From Camelus ferus (taxonomy: Eukaryota): a stretch of DNA of 64,000 nucleotides. The notes beneath the pieces were generated by a model. The model did not search any database. It was not told where the DNA came from and saw only the letters and a program-made list of their open reading frames with translations. Shown in pieces: positions 12,211 to 24,149 of the stretch. Position 1 is the first letter of the stretch; each line of letters begins with the position of its first letter. Location: the NCBI RefSeq assembly GCF_009834535.1, contig NC_045697.1, positions 42,720,001 to 42,784,000 on the forward strand, read 5' to 3'. The position numbers and the translations under genes are program-made.

Positions 12211-13450
12211 TTCATTTTTTTCTCAGACTAACGTCTTAAACTTTCCTCCTGGGAGGTCTGATTCCAGATGAGGTGGCCAGAATGTTGTTGCCAGCCGTCT
12301 CTTATGGGAAGTTCTGTGAGGCTGGCAGAGGATTCTGTCTTGCGGGTCTGTGCTTGAGAAGCCCGCTCTCTAAAGTGGTGATCTAGTAATTTCTGGCAGT
12401 CAGCATCTCTGTACGTACCGGGCACACATCTGTTCTTCGTAATGTTTAGTTTTCCAAGTATTGCTTAAATGTAGGTAATTCTTTAAATTACCCATTGCTA
12501 TCAAATGTTGGATGGAGGCTTTATTTGAAAAACCCAGCCCAACAGTGGTTGATGATGACAGAGGAGGCCCAGCAAGGAAGAGCTGTCTCACAGGGCGCGG
12601 CCCTGCCGGTGGTCTCTGTGCCCTCAGTTGCTGAGAGAGCTGGTCAGCATTCCTGAGGGTCTTGTCAAAGTCTAGTAACAGTGCTTGAACCCCCTTGGGC
12701 TGGTAGCACTTCATTTACTCTCTGCACACTTTTACTGGCAGATTAACGGAGGGGATAGAGTTCTCTACTTCAGTCTTGTGAAGTACAGGCTTAAAATGAT
12801 GAAGTGCCACGTCCAAGGTCATGTGCTGCCCTGTGCTAGGAATGGGGATACTTCCTATAAAAAAGAACTCGAACATCTTTAAGTATAGTCTACTTCAAGG
12901 AATTCTATCAAGATAAACAGAAAATGAGAACATTTGGACCAGACAGAAAAGCCAAACTACCTGTTTAAGAAATGACTGAGGAGTGAATCCAAGTGTTTAA
13001 AAGCCCAAAGGAACTCGATGGTGACCAAAGTGCCTTTTAAAATGGGTAGTAAGTCCTCTTTTGCCAAAAGAAAAAAGTCAGGCTCTAAGTAAAGACACCT
13101 CCCAAGTGTACAGGCCGTGAGGACCCGTCCTGCACAGGCCTTATACCTGTTTGGACCCCTTGGCTTCATCCTGAAGGAAAATTTTTTTTTTTCCAAATTC
13201 TCTACAGTCAAATAAATGGCTTGCCTAGGTTTAGTACTGCCTTTCTCCGTAGACTGAGACAGCGTTCATTTGAGTCCTTGGTCAGACCGCGTGAGGCAAA
13301 CCGTGTGCCCTTGGCATCCCTCTGGCCCCGGATGCTCCTTGGCACTATCCTTACCACAAGCTTCCCATTTAGTTTTCAGACCAGCGTTTCTGAGCCCAGT
13401 GATCAAAGATGGAGAAGTCCCGTAACTGCTTGATTTTGCTTTTCCTTTAG

Positions 13451-13574
13451 GTGCAGCCGATTTCAGTCAGAAATCAAACGCTTGAAAATTTCATCCCCGG
13501 TACGTGTTTGTCAGAACTGTTATTACAACTTACAGCATGAGAGGGGTTCAGAAGATGGCCCTCGAATTTGTTGA
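13451..13574 (+). CDS. WDFY3: WDFY3 last coding exon, C-terminal half of FYVE and stop codon
   Basis: cctttag|G TGC AGC...TGT TGA; CSRFQSEIKRLKISSPVRVCQNCYYNLQHERGSEDGPRIC* contains the FYVE RVC motif. Confidence 0.98.
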
Positions 13575-15464
13575 AGATTCCACAAGCTGATTGGAGACCA
13601 TGGTCTGTAGACCCCTCCCCGATGCCCCCCGCCCCCCGTCACAGCTCGCAGCTCGGAAGGCGCGGACAGTCTCCGTTGACACATCTCCATACCACCTGTT
13701 TGAAGTATGGAACTCAGAGGGATCACTGAACAAACGGGTGTGGAGAGCAGTCATGGGGCAGGCACTTCAGGTGAACAGCACAGGAAGAGTACGAGGTGGT
13801 TCCTACGAGCAGCAGTGTCCGTATCCGATTCTCCCTTGACAATAGCTGTCTCCAAGAGAAATCCTCACTAACTGTCTTTTTCTTGCGTCTCATTTTTGTA
13901 GAGCTACTCATCCTTATTTGGAAAAACCAACGACTACAAAAAAAAAAAGGCTTTTAGAAAATGGTTGTAAATCTGACTTCTTTGCAAGTAACTGTGTATA
14001 TTGTAAATAGGTACAAAGGCCTTTTTTCTAAATAAGGACTTAACTGCCTGTAACATGAGACTTCAAACTAAACCACTGACTCAATGAACTACTTACGGTT
14101 TGTCTGACATCGCTCACCAATTAATTATAAATATGTTTTTTTAAATCCTCAAAGACATTATCTGTGGTCTTTTTTTTCCCACCCCCTTTCTATCCCAGCC
14201 CATGTGCCCGATGTCCTTTCTTTCAAGTTGCCCACAGTATCTCCACTTAACTTAGGCTAATAACCAAAACAATGTAATGGGGACCTTCTTGAGGAAACAG
14301 TGTGGGAGAATAAGAGTCTGGGTGCGAGATACCCTGGACATATGTGGGTGTCTCACACGTGGCTGTGTACCACCTCAGTGTTGTTCTCATGTTGTAAGAC
14401 CCCACGTAAACGTCTCTTTGGACTGCTCTTTGGTCGTCACATACCTTCTTAGCACTGCGTGGCGGGGGTCCCAACGCAGTGCAGGATAGCCCTGCTTCAA
14501 CTAGTGGACGTGTATTTGCATGTAGCCCAAAGTAGCTGCTCTTGCGTAGAACAGAAGTACGTGTCTGGTGACACTCATGTTCTGCTATAGCTTATTTTCA
14601 AAAAAGGGTTAAAAAAAAAAAAGAAAAAAGTGTACTGTACAGAATTAACATATAAACCTTGTTGTAAAACTGGATCATGTCAGAACTGCTTATAATTAAC
14701 CTTTACCATTTAATGCCATCTACCTGAAAACAGTGAGATTTATACTGTATCAATGTCTATTTTTTTGTTTTTTTGCTATGAATATAGTTACAGTATTTTA
14801 ATATTTAGTTATTTAATTTGTTCTACTAGTTGGATACAGAACACACAAATCCAGGGAGACTAAAGCTGGTAGGGGCTAAGAGATTAGTTTACAGAAAAAG
14901 GCTTTGGTGGTGGGATTTTTTTAAATGTGTGTTATGTACATATATATATATATATACACATATATATAAAAAACAAATGAAACAATTAATCTAGATTTTA
15001 AAATTTTCAGATATTTAGTGATAATATTATGAACAATTCTAAAAAGCCCTGTGATCTGAAAAATGTAGACGCAGTCATGGCCCAAGAAAGGAAGGATGGT
15101 CACAGGCCTTCACACCTCATGGGGTTTCATACGAAGGACAGCGGCTTTGGCTTTCCCGACGTTTCATCTTTAGGCCCTGGTGACAGGCACACTTATGCAC
15201 TAAAATGCACTATATGCACATGCATTCAAAACAGGCATTGGTACAACAGTAATCTTGTACCTAATGGGCTGAAACCAGCTTAAGAACAAATTTGTTCTTC
15301 CTGATAACTAGGTCTCCAAGAGAAAATATAAAGGCTGCTTTAGTGCCTTACGCTTACTAAATTTAAACCTTTATTTACCTAGGTTTGAGCCTACAGTCTA
15401 TTTATGATTACATATCAAAATTGATTACAACACTTCCATTTCTAAAAGTTCAAATATACTTGTT

Positions 15465-15470
15465 AATAAA
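15465..15470 (+). terminator. Candidate proximal polyadenylation signal of WDFY3
   Basis: AATAAA followed ~35-60 nt later by a GT/T-rich tract (gttgtgttctgttttcctttgtgtctt). Confidence 0.6.
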
Positions 15471-16782
15471 AGGATTATTGGCATTAATACTTTAACTTGA
15501 AGAGAAGTTGTGTTCTGTTTTCCTTTGTGTCTTACCCCTCCCCGCCCCCCACCTCCTTACTTCAATTCTCGTAAATGATGCTGGATGTTCAGCAGTTGCA
15601 GGAGTCGTGCCCTGGCGTCGCCGCAGGCTCTGCCCCTGTCCGGCCGTGTAGGTGAGCGGTAGCAGTGTTATTCTACACTTTTTAAAAGACGTGTCCTCCT
15701 TGTGTCCATGACCCATGTCTACCCCAAACCCAACAGCAGAGGTGTTCTTTAAAGACTTGAATATATGAATGTCTGTATGTAGTTACTTAAAGGTTATTCC
15801 TCTGTGTAATATGAAGTTATATGAGATGAACACTTTTAAACTTTCCAACACAACTTCCATAACTAGAAGGTGGAAACCAAAACCCTCGTGATAGCATTTC
15901 CTCTGGCAGCTGGTGCTGTGGGCAACTGTTTTGTTCAGTGGGGTTTATTTTCTTTTTGCTTCTAATGCAGAAATCACAAATCACTCACACATACAAGTAC
16001 ACTCACATACATAAACTGATTGTTTCTCCGGCTGTCTTTCTGTGTTCCATGTAAACTTGTTTACCAACATATATTCTCAGCATGTACATCCACCTTTGTG
16101 TGGTCCGTGTTCTTTCTCTGAGAGTACCTCACAGGGCTTCTGCCTGATCTTTGCAGTTCGTTTGTCCTTCCATCCATCCATTTGTCCATTTATTCATTCA
16201 TGTGTTCTAACATTCGTGTCTGGTATGCACCTGTCACGTCATGCTTTTGAGGAGGAGAATCGCTGCCCCTAGCAGCCATCCATCTGGATGATAGCAAAAC
16301 ACTCTAGATAAGTTATTTTGCACTTTCTTATGTATAAAGTTGGTAGAAACTTATTTTTGCTTTGTATCATTTAAATACATTTTGTTTTGGTAAATGAACT
16401 GTGTATAAAATATTTATGCCGTTAAAACTGTTTTTAGAGAGTATTTTTAATTTCAGCAAGTTTGGTTACTTGTTGCATGACAATTAACACAGCTGACTTT
16501 TTGTGTCAGTGCAATGTATATTTTTTTTGTCCTGTTATTAACTTGTAAGCCCTAGTAATGGCCAATTATTTGTACAGCAACAGAAGTAAATTGAAGATAC
16601 TGGCTAAGACTGGATTGATTGTGGACTTTTGTACTATATTGCAGAATCCGATTATCTGTTCTTTGGTGGTTATGTAAAAGGCCTGGAGAATTACTATCTA
16701 GTGTGCAATCTGTGATAACTGAATGTTCATTGTATATCTGTCTCTGATGCAAAAAGGTAGAGTAACACAATTACAATACATG

Positions 16783-16828
16783 ATTAAATGCAATAGTCCA
16801 GATACTTTTTTTTTTCATTTCAAATAAA
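16783..16828 (+). terminator. Candidate distal polyadenylation signals of WDFY3
   Basis: ATTAAA at 16783-16788 and AATAAA at 16823-16828 at the end of the UTR-like block. Confidence 0.7.
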
Positions 16829-17985
16829 TACCTACTATTTACCACCATCCCCCAACATCCCCCCAAAAAAGGAAAAGAAAGTTGTTTCTAAGCCAATTCT
16901 TCAGGGATAGAAAAACAAAAATGAGGTCTAATGGAACTTTGTGTAGTTCTTTTTAAGTTGTGAATATATCCTTCAAAAATACCTGCTTAAAATCTCTGCT
17001 TTCAGAGATGTTGGCTATTAGGGTCTGGTTCAATTTCTAGTTTGATCCATCTTTGAAAACCAGGCTTTCTGCATCCTGAGCTTCCCAGTTGTGCTGGATT
17101 CCGGGGGCAGCCCCTTCTGGAAGCACAGCACCCACTGTCATTGGCCAGTCTTGTCTTTGCAGTCCTGATCTGAGAATGGTAGCAACTCACATATACTTTT
17201 ATAGTTACTAGCTTACTTGGTTGTAAAACTGACTTCCCAGTAAAAGAGAGTATAGAAAACACATTTTAAGTTTATTTAGGCTGCTTTAGTGACTTTCCTT
17301 CTTTCTAAAGATACTCACAGAGTTGCCAGTTCATTTTAAGTGTGAACAGCAGAGTGTCAAATTTAAAGATTATTGTGCTTATTACAGATCCTATGCCAAT
17401 GCAACTCCAGTTTTGTGGCAGAAAATACAGGAATGCCAAGAACTGCTAGGACAACAGATACTTCTCCAAAAATAAGTCAGTGGTAAGAGAGAAAACCTAG
17501 GGCAGTTCCCATTGTTTTGATGCAGTACTACTCAAAATGCTAATGACCTTGGAAGAGTTGCTGTCAAGGATGAGCCTGCAAAAATTCTGTCAGGGTTTCA
17601 AGGACAAACATGCAAAAAACATCTTCAATAAAATTTCCTCTTCACTCATTTTGGCCCTTTTGTAGCATCACAGAAGAAGCAGTCCAGTGGAACTGGTTTA
17701 GCACTAGCTTAGTCCTTTTTTTTTTTTTTTTTTTTTTTTTGCTTTACCAGTATTTTCCCCCACCCCCTGCAAAGCTCCTTTTTATTTGTTGTTCCTTTTG
17801 ACTTCTGCTAGAAATGGCACCACACCAAGCTCCCATGCTTAGAGATAGCATGGTGTTGGGAGAGCCATGGCACCGAAATTCAGAGAAGAGGGCAGCTCTC
17901 CTCAGCTTGTGAACTTCTGAAGGCCCTGTCAGTGCACCAGGTCCCCCGTGTGAGTACTGACTGTGAGGATGGGAGGAGTCTAAGA

Positions 17986-19401
17986 TAACGCTGCTTCACC
18001 TTGTTGGTCTTAAGACCTTTTGATCCTTAAACACTGTCAAGGACCTTAACTGCTATTGTTTATATGGGTTGCATCTATTAGTAGTCCTTGTATTAGCAAA
18101 ACAGATTTTTAAAAGATGTATATTTATATTAGAAATAGCAATGATGAAACTATTATGTATTAACATCAGTTACGTATTTCTATAAAAAAAATAAACTTTT
18201 CCAAACTGCCCCCTTAAAAAAAAAATTAGTGAAAAGAGTGGCATGGTTTTATGATTCTGCAAATCTCTTTAATGTCTGCCTTAATTGAACACAGGTGGAT
18301 TCTCATATCTGCTTCTACATTCAGTCTTTGGTGAGACTTTGTTTTGGCTGACACATATGAGGAAAATCCAGCCTCACACAGGTATGTGGTTGGAAAGTGG
18401 GGGAGTATTTTAATAGCCTGTTTGGGTCATTGTTTCTTGGTAGTTTTAAGTTTCTTAAAGATTGATTACTATATGGCATTTGAAACTACATTAATGAACA
18501 TTTTATACTCTATTCCCTTAAAATCCATTAGTTTATCTGCACTTTGAATCTGTCTTTTACCCATGCATAACTTTACAGCACCCGCTGGCCATTGGGAACT
18601 ACATCACTGCTACCATGGTGTGTGTATGTCTTCCAAGTGTTGATATATTTCATTCTGTAATATATCAAAAAGTCACATCATACGTAATAAAAAATATTCC
18701 CAGCAGTCTCAGGAAATTCTAAGTCAAACTCACAGCGGTGGATATCACAAGTTTTCCAAAATTAGGATTTTTGCTTAAACTCTAAAATTTTATCAATGGC
18801 AGTAAGTACTGTTTGCTGGGTTTTTGTTTTTGTTTTCGTTTTTGTTTTTGTTTTTGAGGCAATAGGCTCACCCTGTTAACTTCAAGACCATTTCTGCCAA
18901 AGCACCGTAGTTGTCAGCCGTCCTTTCGGGGAGAGACGGCGCACGGTGGGTGTGCGGTGAAAGGAGCAGCAGGCCGGCCACACTCAGTTGCACACGTGCT
19001 TTTCTTCGAGACAAACTGCACTTCAGGATGCAGGTACCTTACAGGTGCCTCTCATTTTGTGTCACACAACCTAAGGTTCAAGGCTTCATGAAAGTAGTAA
19101 CTTTACTGCTTCTCCAAGGACATTCTTAAGTGAAGCAGACATTTGCCTTCTTACTGCAAGTGCTTGGTGACAAAGAACATATCCTGACTAGTAGCAGTGT
19201 GGTGGCACTGCCTGATTCCGTGCTCAGGTTCCAGCAGTCCTACCGCTGCTTTTGCACCTCGGTTCTGTACAAGTATCAAGGTAGTGGGAAAAGGCAAATC
19301 ACATTTCAGTATTTTTATGAAAATGGGCTTCACCTTGCAGACCCCATGAAAGGGTCTTCAGGACTCCTGGGGCTCTGGGAGTCAGACTTTGAGAAGCTCT
19401 G
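17986..19401 (-). mobile_element. hAT-Charlie DNA transposon (Charlie1a-like), non-autonomous, near full length
   Basis: Both ends resemble recalled Charlie1 termini (ggtcttaagacc...ggacc; ...ctttgagaagctctg); degenerate 8 bp TSD GTCTAAGA 17978-17985 / GTCCAAGG 19402-19409. Confidence 0.8.
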
Positions 19402-19734
19402 GTCCAAGGGGAAGATACATGAGATGCTACCTAAACTGTAAAGTAGCAGGTCCGCACTCTCCTTGGGGAGCAGTATTCTTAATCGCAGGCCTGGGGTTTT
19501 CAGCGGGGCTCCTGTTGAAACTTGCCAAGTGCAAGACCAGTCCTGGCCACACTGGGCTCCCTGCTGGGGCCACCTGCATCTCTGAAGCATTGGGGTTTCC
19601 AATAAGGTCTTTGTTAAGTCACGTTCTTCTAGATCAAGACTCCAAAATTTTGATATTGTAAAAAAAAAAAAAAACCTGTAATCCTTTCATATTAGGTACA
19701 TTTCTACCTAATATGATGTACTGGTCAGGATCCT

Positions 19735-19940
19735 GGCAACTGAGAGTCAGTCTGGGGTTGAAGTTGTCATTCAGCCAGTTACTGTGTGATGTGAGGCCAC
19801 TTCTCCACATCTGAGCTTCCTCGTAAGTAAATCTTGTGATTTATGATACCTGCCCCTGGAGAACAGTCATAGGGGTTAAATCAGGAAACATACACAGGAC
19901 ATGTGGTGCTTGACCAGTATGTTCTCAATATATTGAAGCA
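19735..19940 (+). mobile_element. MIR SINE, degenerate
   Basis: actgtgtgatgtgaggccactt...ctgagcttcctc...atacctgcc...ggttaaatcagg. Confidence 0.55.
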
Positions 19941-21369
19941 TTAATGTGGAAACAGGAAAATGAAAGGAATGGGGCGCTAAAACGTTTTCTAAAGCCTAGA
20001 TATTTAAAGCCCTGATGGGAGGAGTGCATCTTCACTCAGACACACAGCAGGCAGGGCGTCGGTGTGGGAAGAGCCCTGGGAAAGCATGCCTCCCAGACCC
20101 TCACTTTACACAAGAGCAAAGGAATGCGGAGGGATGCTGGGCGTCCCCAAGCCCTGCTGCTGGCAGTTCTGCCTCTTCTCTTCCCAGCTCCCAGGCCAGT
20201 GATTATTACAAACAGCTCTCAGGTCCCATTTTCCATTTTCCTTTTTTTTTTTTTTTTTTTGGTAGAGGGAGGTGTTGGGTTTGGCAGGGGAATGACTACA
20301 ATGAAAATGTACTTAGGGTATCACTTCCCTCCCATCATGCCCTGCTTTATCAAGAAGATAAAGGGTTGGAACTCAACCTTGGCTTTCAAATGTCACACTT
20401 CCTGTTCAACAAAGACAAAGGAAATTTGCAAGCTGTATTCCAGGCAGAGGACAGTTATTTAAAGAAAAATAATTCCTTCATGATCTTGTCCTCAAGCACT
20501 ACTGTACATTTCAAACAAAAGCTATCCCTGAAAAACACTATTTTGGTTCATAAAAGCAAGCCACCCCCCTTGCAACCTGATTAGAAAGAAAGAAACTGTG
20601 GAACAAAGGTCAACCTAAAGAGCCTTTGGCTGTAAACTTAAGGGTCATCACAGTCCAACCCTGTAGGCTGATTCTGCCAAGAGGAAGAAGCAAGATCTAC
20701 TTGGGCAGTGTTACCAAGTATGCTTGTGGTTCAGGTGTGGATCCACCCACGTAGGTTTATTTTTCCTTCTGAGGTAGCAATTCCTATGTCCATGCTGATA
20801 CATACTCCACTGGGCCTTGAGGATAATATAAAAATGTCATAACTACCCTTTTCAAGAACTTTATACGAGAGGCTTGCCTTCGTGTAGGTATGGAATCTGT
20901 CATTGAATTTTCAGCAAGTCTATCTCATTTCTTACTGTTTGTAGATCAGTGAGAAAGACACTCTTGTCACCATTGGTTTTGTTAGCTCTGCAGTCTTCAT
21001 TTTCATATTCTATTGTTTCATCATCTCATCTTTGATTCTGTATTGAATTGATATTTTTCACCAGATTTATATATTACAAGGCCTTCCTAGAAAATTCTCT
21101 TCTTTTAGGGTTGTTTTCCCCCGGGACTGGGTTCTTGGTCTTGCGTGAATACTTCCCTGCCTTCTTGGCTGCCTTTCTGTGTTTATTAAAGGTTTCACAG
21201 CGTTGGTTTGCATCTTCCTCCTCCTAAGTGTGGATACTTCTGTCCAGGACTTTGTATCTGCTGACATCCAGTGTGAGTGGACCCTCCTGAGCACTGGTCC
21301 ACCCATAGGTTGGGGACTGGCTGCAGGATTTTGTACTTCTGCCTTCACCTGCCATGGTCCAGTCTCAAC

Positions 21370-21740
21370 TCAGCTGCAGTGATTGGCCTCATTCACTCTG
21401 CTCTGCTCCCCGCCCCAGGGCAGGGCCTTCACCCCAACTGTAACCTCTGCCTCCTCCCTCACCTGCTTCAGTCATGTCTCAAACATCACCTTCCAAGAGA
21501 GGCCTGCCCTGACCACCCTGCAGGATTTACAGTGGCACGTCGTCTGCCCCCGACTTCCACAGTCACCCTTCTCTGCCTTGTCCTCCGCTCCACCATCTCC
21601 CACTGTCTGCTCTGCTATCATTTGTGATGTCTCCCTTGCAGGGTGAAAGCCACTGAGATGGAGACTGAGATTGGCATCCGTTTTGGTCACAACTGCGCCT
21701 GGCAGAGCAGCTGCTTGATGAATTTGTTGAGTGAAGGAAT
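21370..21740 (+). mobile_element. L2 LINE 3' fragment
   Basis: ctcaaacatcaccttccaagagaggcctgccctgaccaccc and terminal aatttgttgagtgaa, typical of L2 3' ends. Confidence 0.75.
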
Positions 21741-21772
21741 TAGAGGCGGTCCTTGACTTACCCCACTTCAAC

Positions 21773-22062
21773 TTCTCTTTTTAACTGTAGTAAGAACATT
21801 TAACATGCGATTTGCCCACTTAGATTTTTGAGTGCACAGTGTTGTTACCTGTAGGCACAGTGCTGCACAGCAGATCTCCAAGCTGCTCACGCCACCTAGC
21901 CGCAGCTTTATGCCCGGTGAACAGTGTCTCCCCTCAGGCCCCTCCACGGGGACCCTGGCCACCACCACCCTGTTCTCTGCTTCTGTGAGATGGACTGAGA
22001 CCCCGCACGTAAGTGGAATCACATGGCGTTTGTCCTTTGGTGACTGGTTTATTTCACTTCGT
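21773..22062 (-). mobile_element. L1 (L1MA/MB-like) 3' end fragment
   Basis: gtaagaacatttaacatg...accaccctgttctctgcttctgtgag...tgactggtttatttcactt. Confidence 0.8.
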
Positions 22063-22534
22063 GTGTTATATATGGGTCTTCAACTTTAATGCAATCTGCT
22101 TTATGTGGAAGCTTAAATCATCCTTGTGTTGAATTTGAGCTTTCACAAACCACATACCTGAACACTTCGTATCAAACTGTCACTGGGGTTTGATCTTAAA
22201 CATTCAAAGTCGCTTAGTCCTTGAGGGTACACTTGAGCAAGTCACCTCTTCCCACAGGGGGACCCACCCAGCTACAAGCCCAGGGCAGGAGCCATAGGGC
22301 CTTTGCAGCCATGCCAGAGAAGAGAGCCTGCCCACCTTCTCCCAGTCCAGTCTAGCTGAGAGTCTTAAATACTCCATCCCTCCGTCCTGCCCATTGGACA
22401 ATTTGAGGATGGGTGGCTGAACCATTGTGGGGTCCCCGGTTGTGGAGTCAACTGGCAGCCCTTCCCTGCCCCTCTCCAGGCTCAGGACACCCTCCCCTGT
22501 CGATCCTGTTATTATAGATTCCATAGTCAGATAT

Positions 22535-23145
22535 TTAAACAATCTTATTGAGCTGTAATTACCATACTATAAAATTCAAGTATGTATCAATGTTAGCATG
22601 TTCACAGAGTTGTGCAGCTGTCACATAGTCTAATTTTAGAATGTTTTCATCACCCCAAAAGAAACCTCACACCATTAGCAGTCACCCCCATTCTTCTCCC
22701 TGTCCCCAGCCTCTGGTGACCACTAATCTACTGTGTGTCTATACATGCCTATTCTGGACATTTTGTGTAATGGAACCGTGTGATATGTGGCCTTTAGGGA
22801 CTGTCTTATTTTGGGGAACAGATATGTTAGAGAGTCATTCATACTGTAGCATATATCAGAACTTTCTTCCTTTTTGTTGCCAATATTTTAGTTCAGTATG
22901 TGGATATAGCAGATTTCATTTATCCATTCACCACTTGATGGACATTATTTGTTCCCATTTTTTTACTATTGTAAAAAAAAAAAAATCCACATACAGTTGT
23001 TTGTGTAAATGGGCATTTTCATTTCTCTCCAGTATATACCTAAGAGTAGAATGGCTGGGCCATATGTAACTCTTTGTTTGACATATTGAGGAACTGCCCA
23101 ACTATTTCCCAAAACAGTTGTAACATTTTACATTCCCTCCAGCCG
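22535..23145 (-). mobile_element. L1MB-like 3' fragment
   Basis: ttcacagagttgtgcagc...ttttagaatgttttcatcaccccaaaag...tatacctaagagtagaatggctggg. Confidence 0.85.
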
Positions 23146-24149
23146 TTGATTTTTATTCTCAGGGAACAAAACCAACCATACTGCACTCCTCCTCTGTGTC
23201 ATCCTACAGATCCTCATTAAAATGTCTTTTTGATTTAGAGACGGGCCACTTCCCAATATTCTTTCAAGAAGGGATCTGGTAAGAAAGTAGGTGAGGGTGA
23301 CAGCCTGCACTGCACCTGGGGAAGCGCCCGGCTCTCTGGTCCTGCTGAAGTTTTCCCGCCACCTCTCCTCCCTCCCTGGCTCCAGCCCAGGCGAGGAACC
23401 CTGCCTGTATAGACCACAATCACAGCACCTTCTGCAGTGTTCCCCCCAGGGGACCTGGAAATTCTATTGAAGGTATGTTTGAAGGGTCTCACTTAGACCT
23501 TCCGTTAAGTTCTTCTGGCCTTCGTTTTATTTTTATTTTAATATAAGTATGTATATATGGCCACTGCTCTGCAGCTGGGAGTGTCATATTTGGATTAAGA
23601 TCTATCCCTTCTTTTTCTACTCTAAAATCAAATTGACTGGGTGAGATCCTCAGCTGTATCTAAGGAAAGAGGTTGACATAGCCTCTCCCCAAAAAGGATC
23701 TATAAAGCTGGACAAAATTATTTCAGCGCTCTAGAGAGCAAAGAAAAAAAATGCAGCAATATGAAAACCACTTATCTTGGGGAAAGTGCTGTCCAGTGGG
23801 CATCAGGAGTTCTTTCCCTGGGCTGCTCCTGTTCCTCGGTCAGCTTAGCTGACATGGAGATCTGGCAGGGCGGGACAGAACCGTGAGGACCTCAGCCGTC
23901 AAAGCCATTACTTAATTTGAAACAGTGAATGATGCTTGTACCCAGTGAAGTTGTCAGTGAAAGTGACAATTGCAGCAGAGGGTGAGTGGGGCAGGCAAAT
24001 GGCCCCATGAGCCTGGCATTGTGTGGCTGGACCAAGCATATTCCTGAGTGAGGCCATGCACATGCACAGTGGAGACCTGGAGAATGTCTGGGTGAACCAC
24101 ACACTCCTGGCCGACTCTGAGCCTGCCCGCAGGGCCCTCAAGAGACAAA

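Larger units (their letters stand above)
13575..16845 (+). other. WDFY3: WDFY3 3'UTR (end approximate)
   Basis: Follows the stop codon; largely free of recognisable interspersed repeats, AU-rich blocks, ends near ATTAAA 16783 and AATAAA 16823. Confidence 0.8.

Noticed and set aside
20015..20584. 189 aa intergenic ORF
   Set aside because: It runs through a long poly-T tract (poly-Phe) and has no domain similarity or splice context
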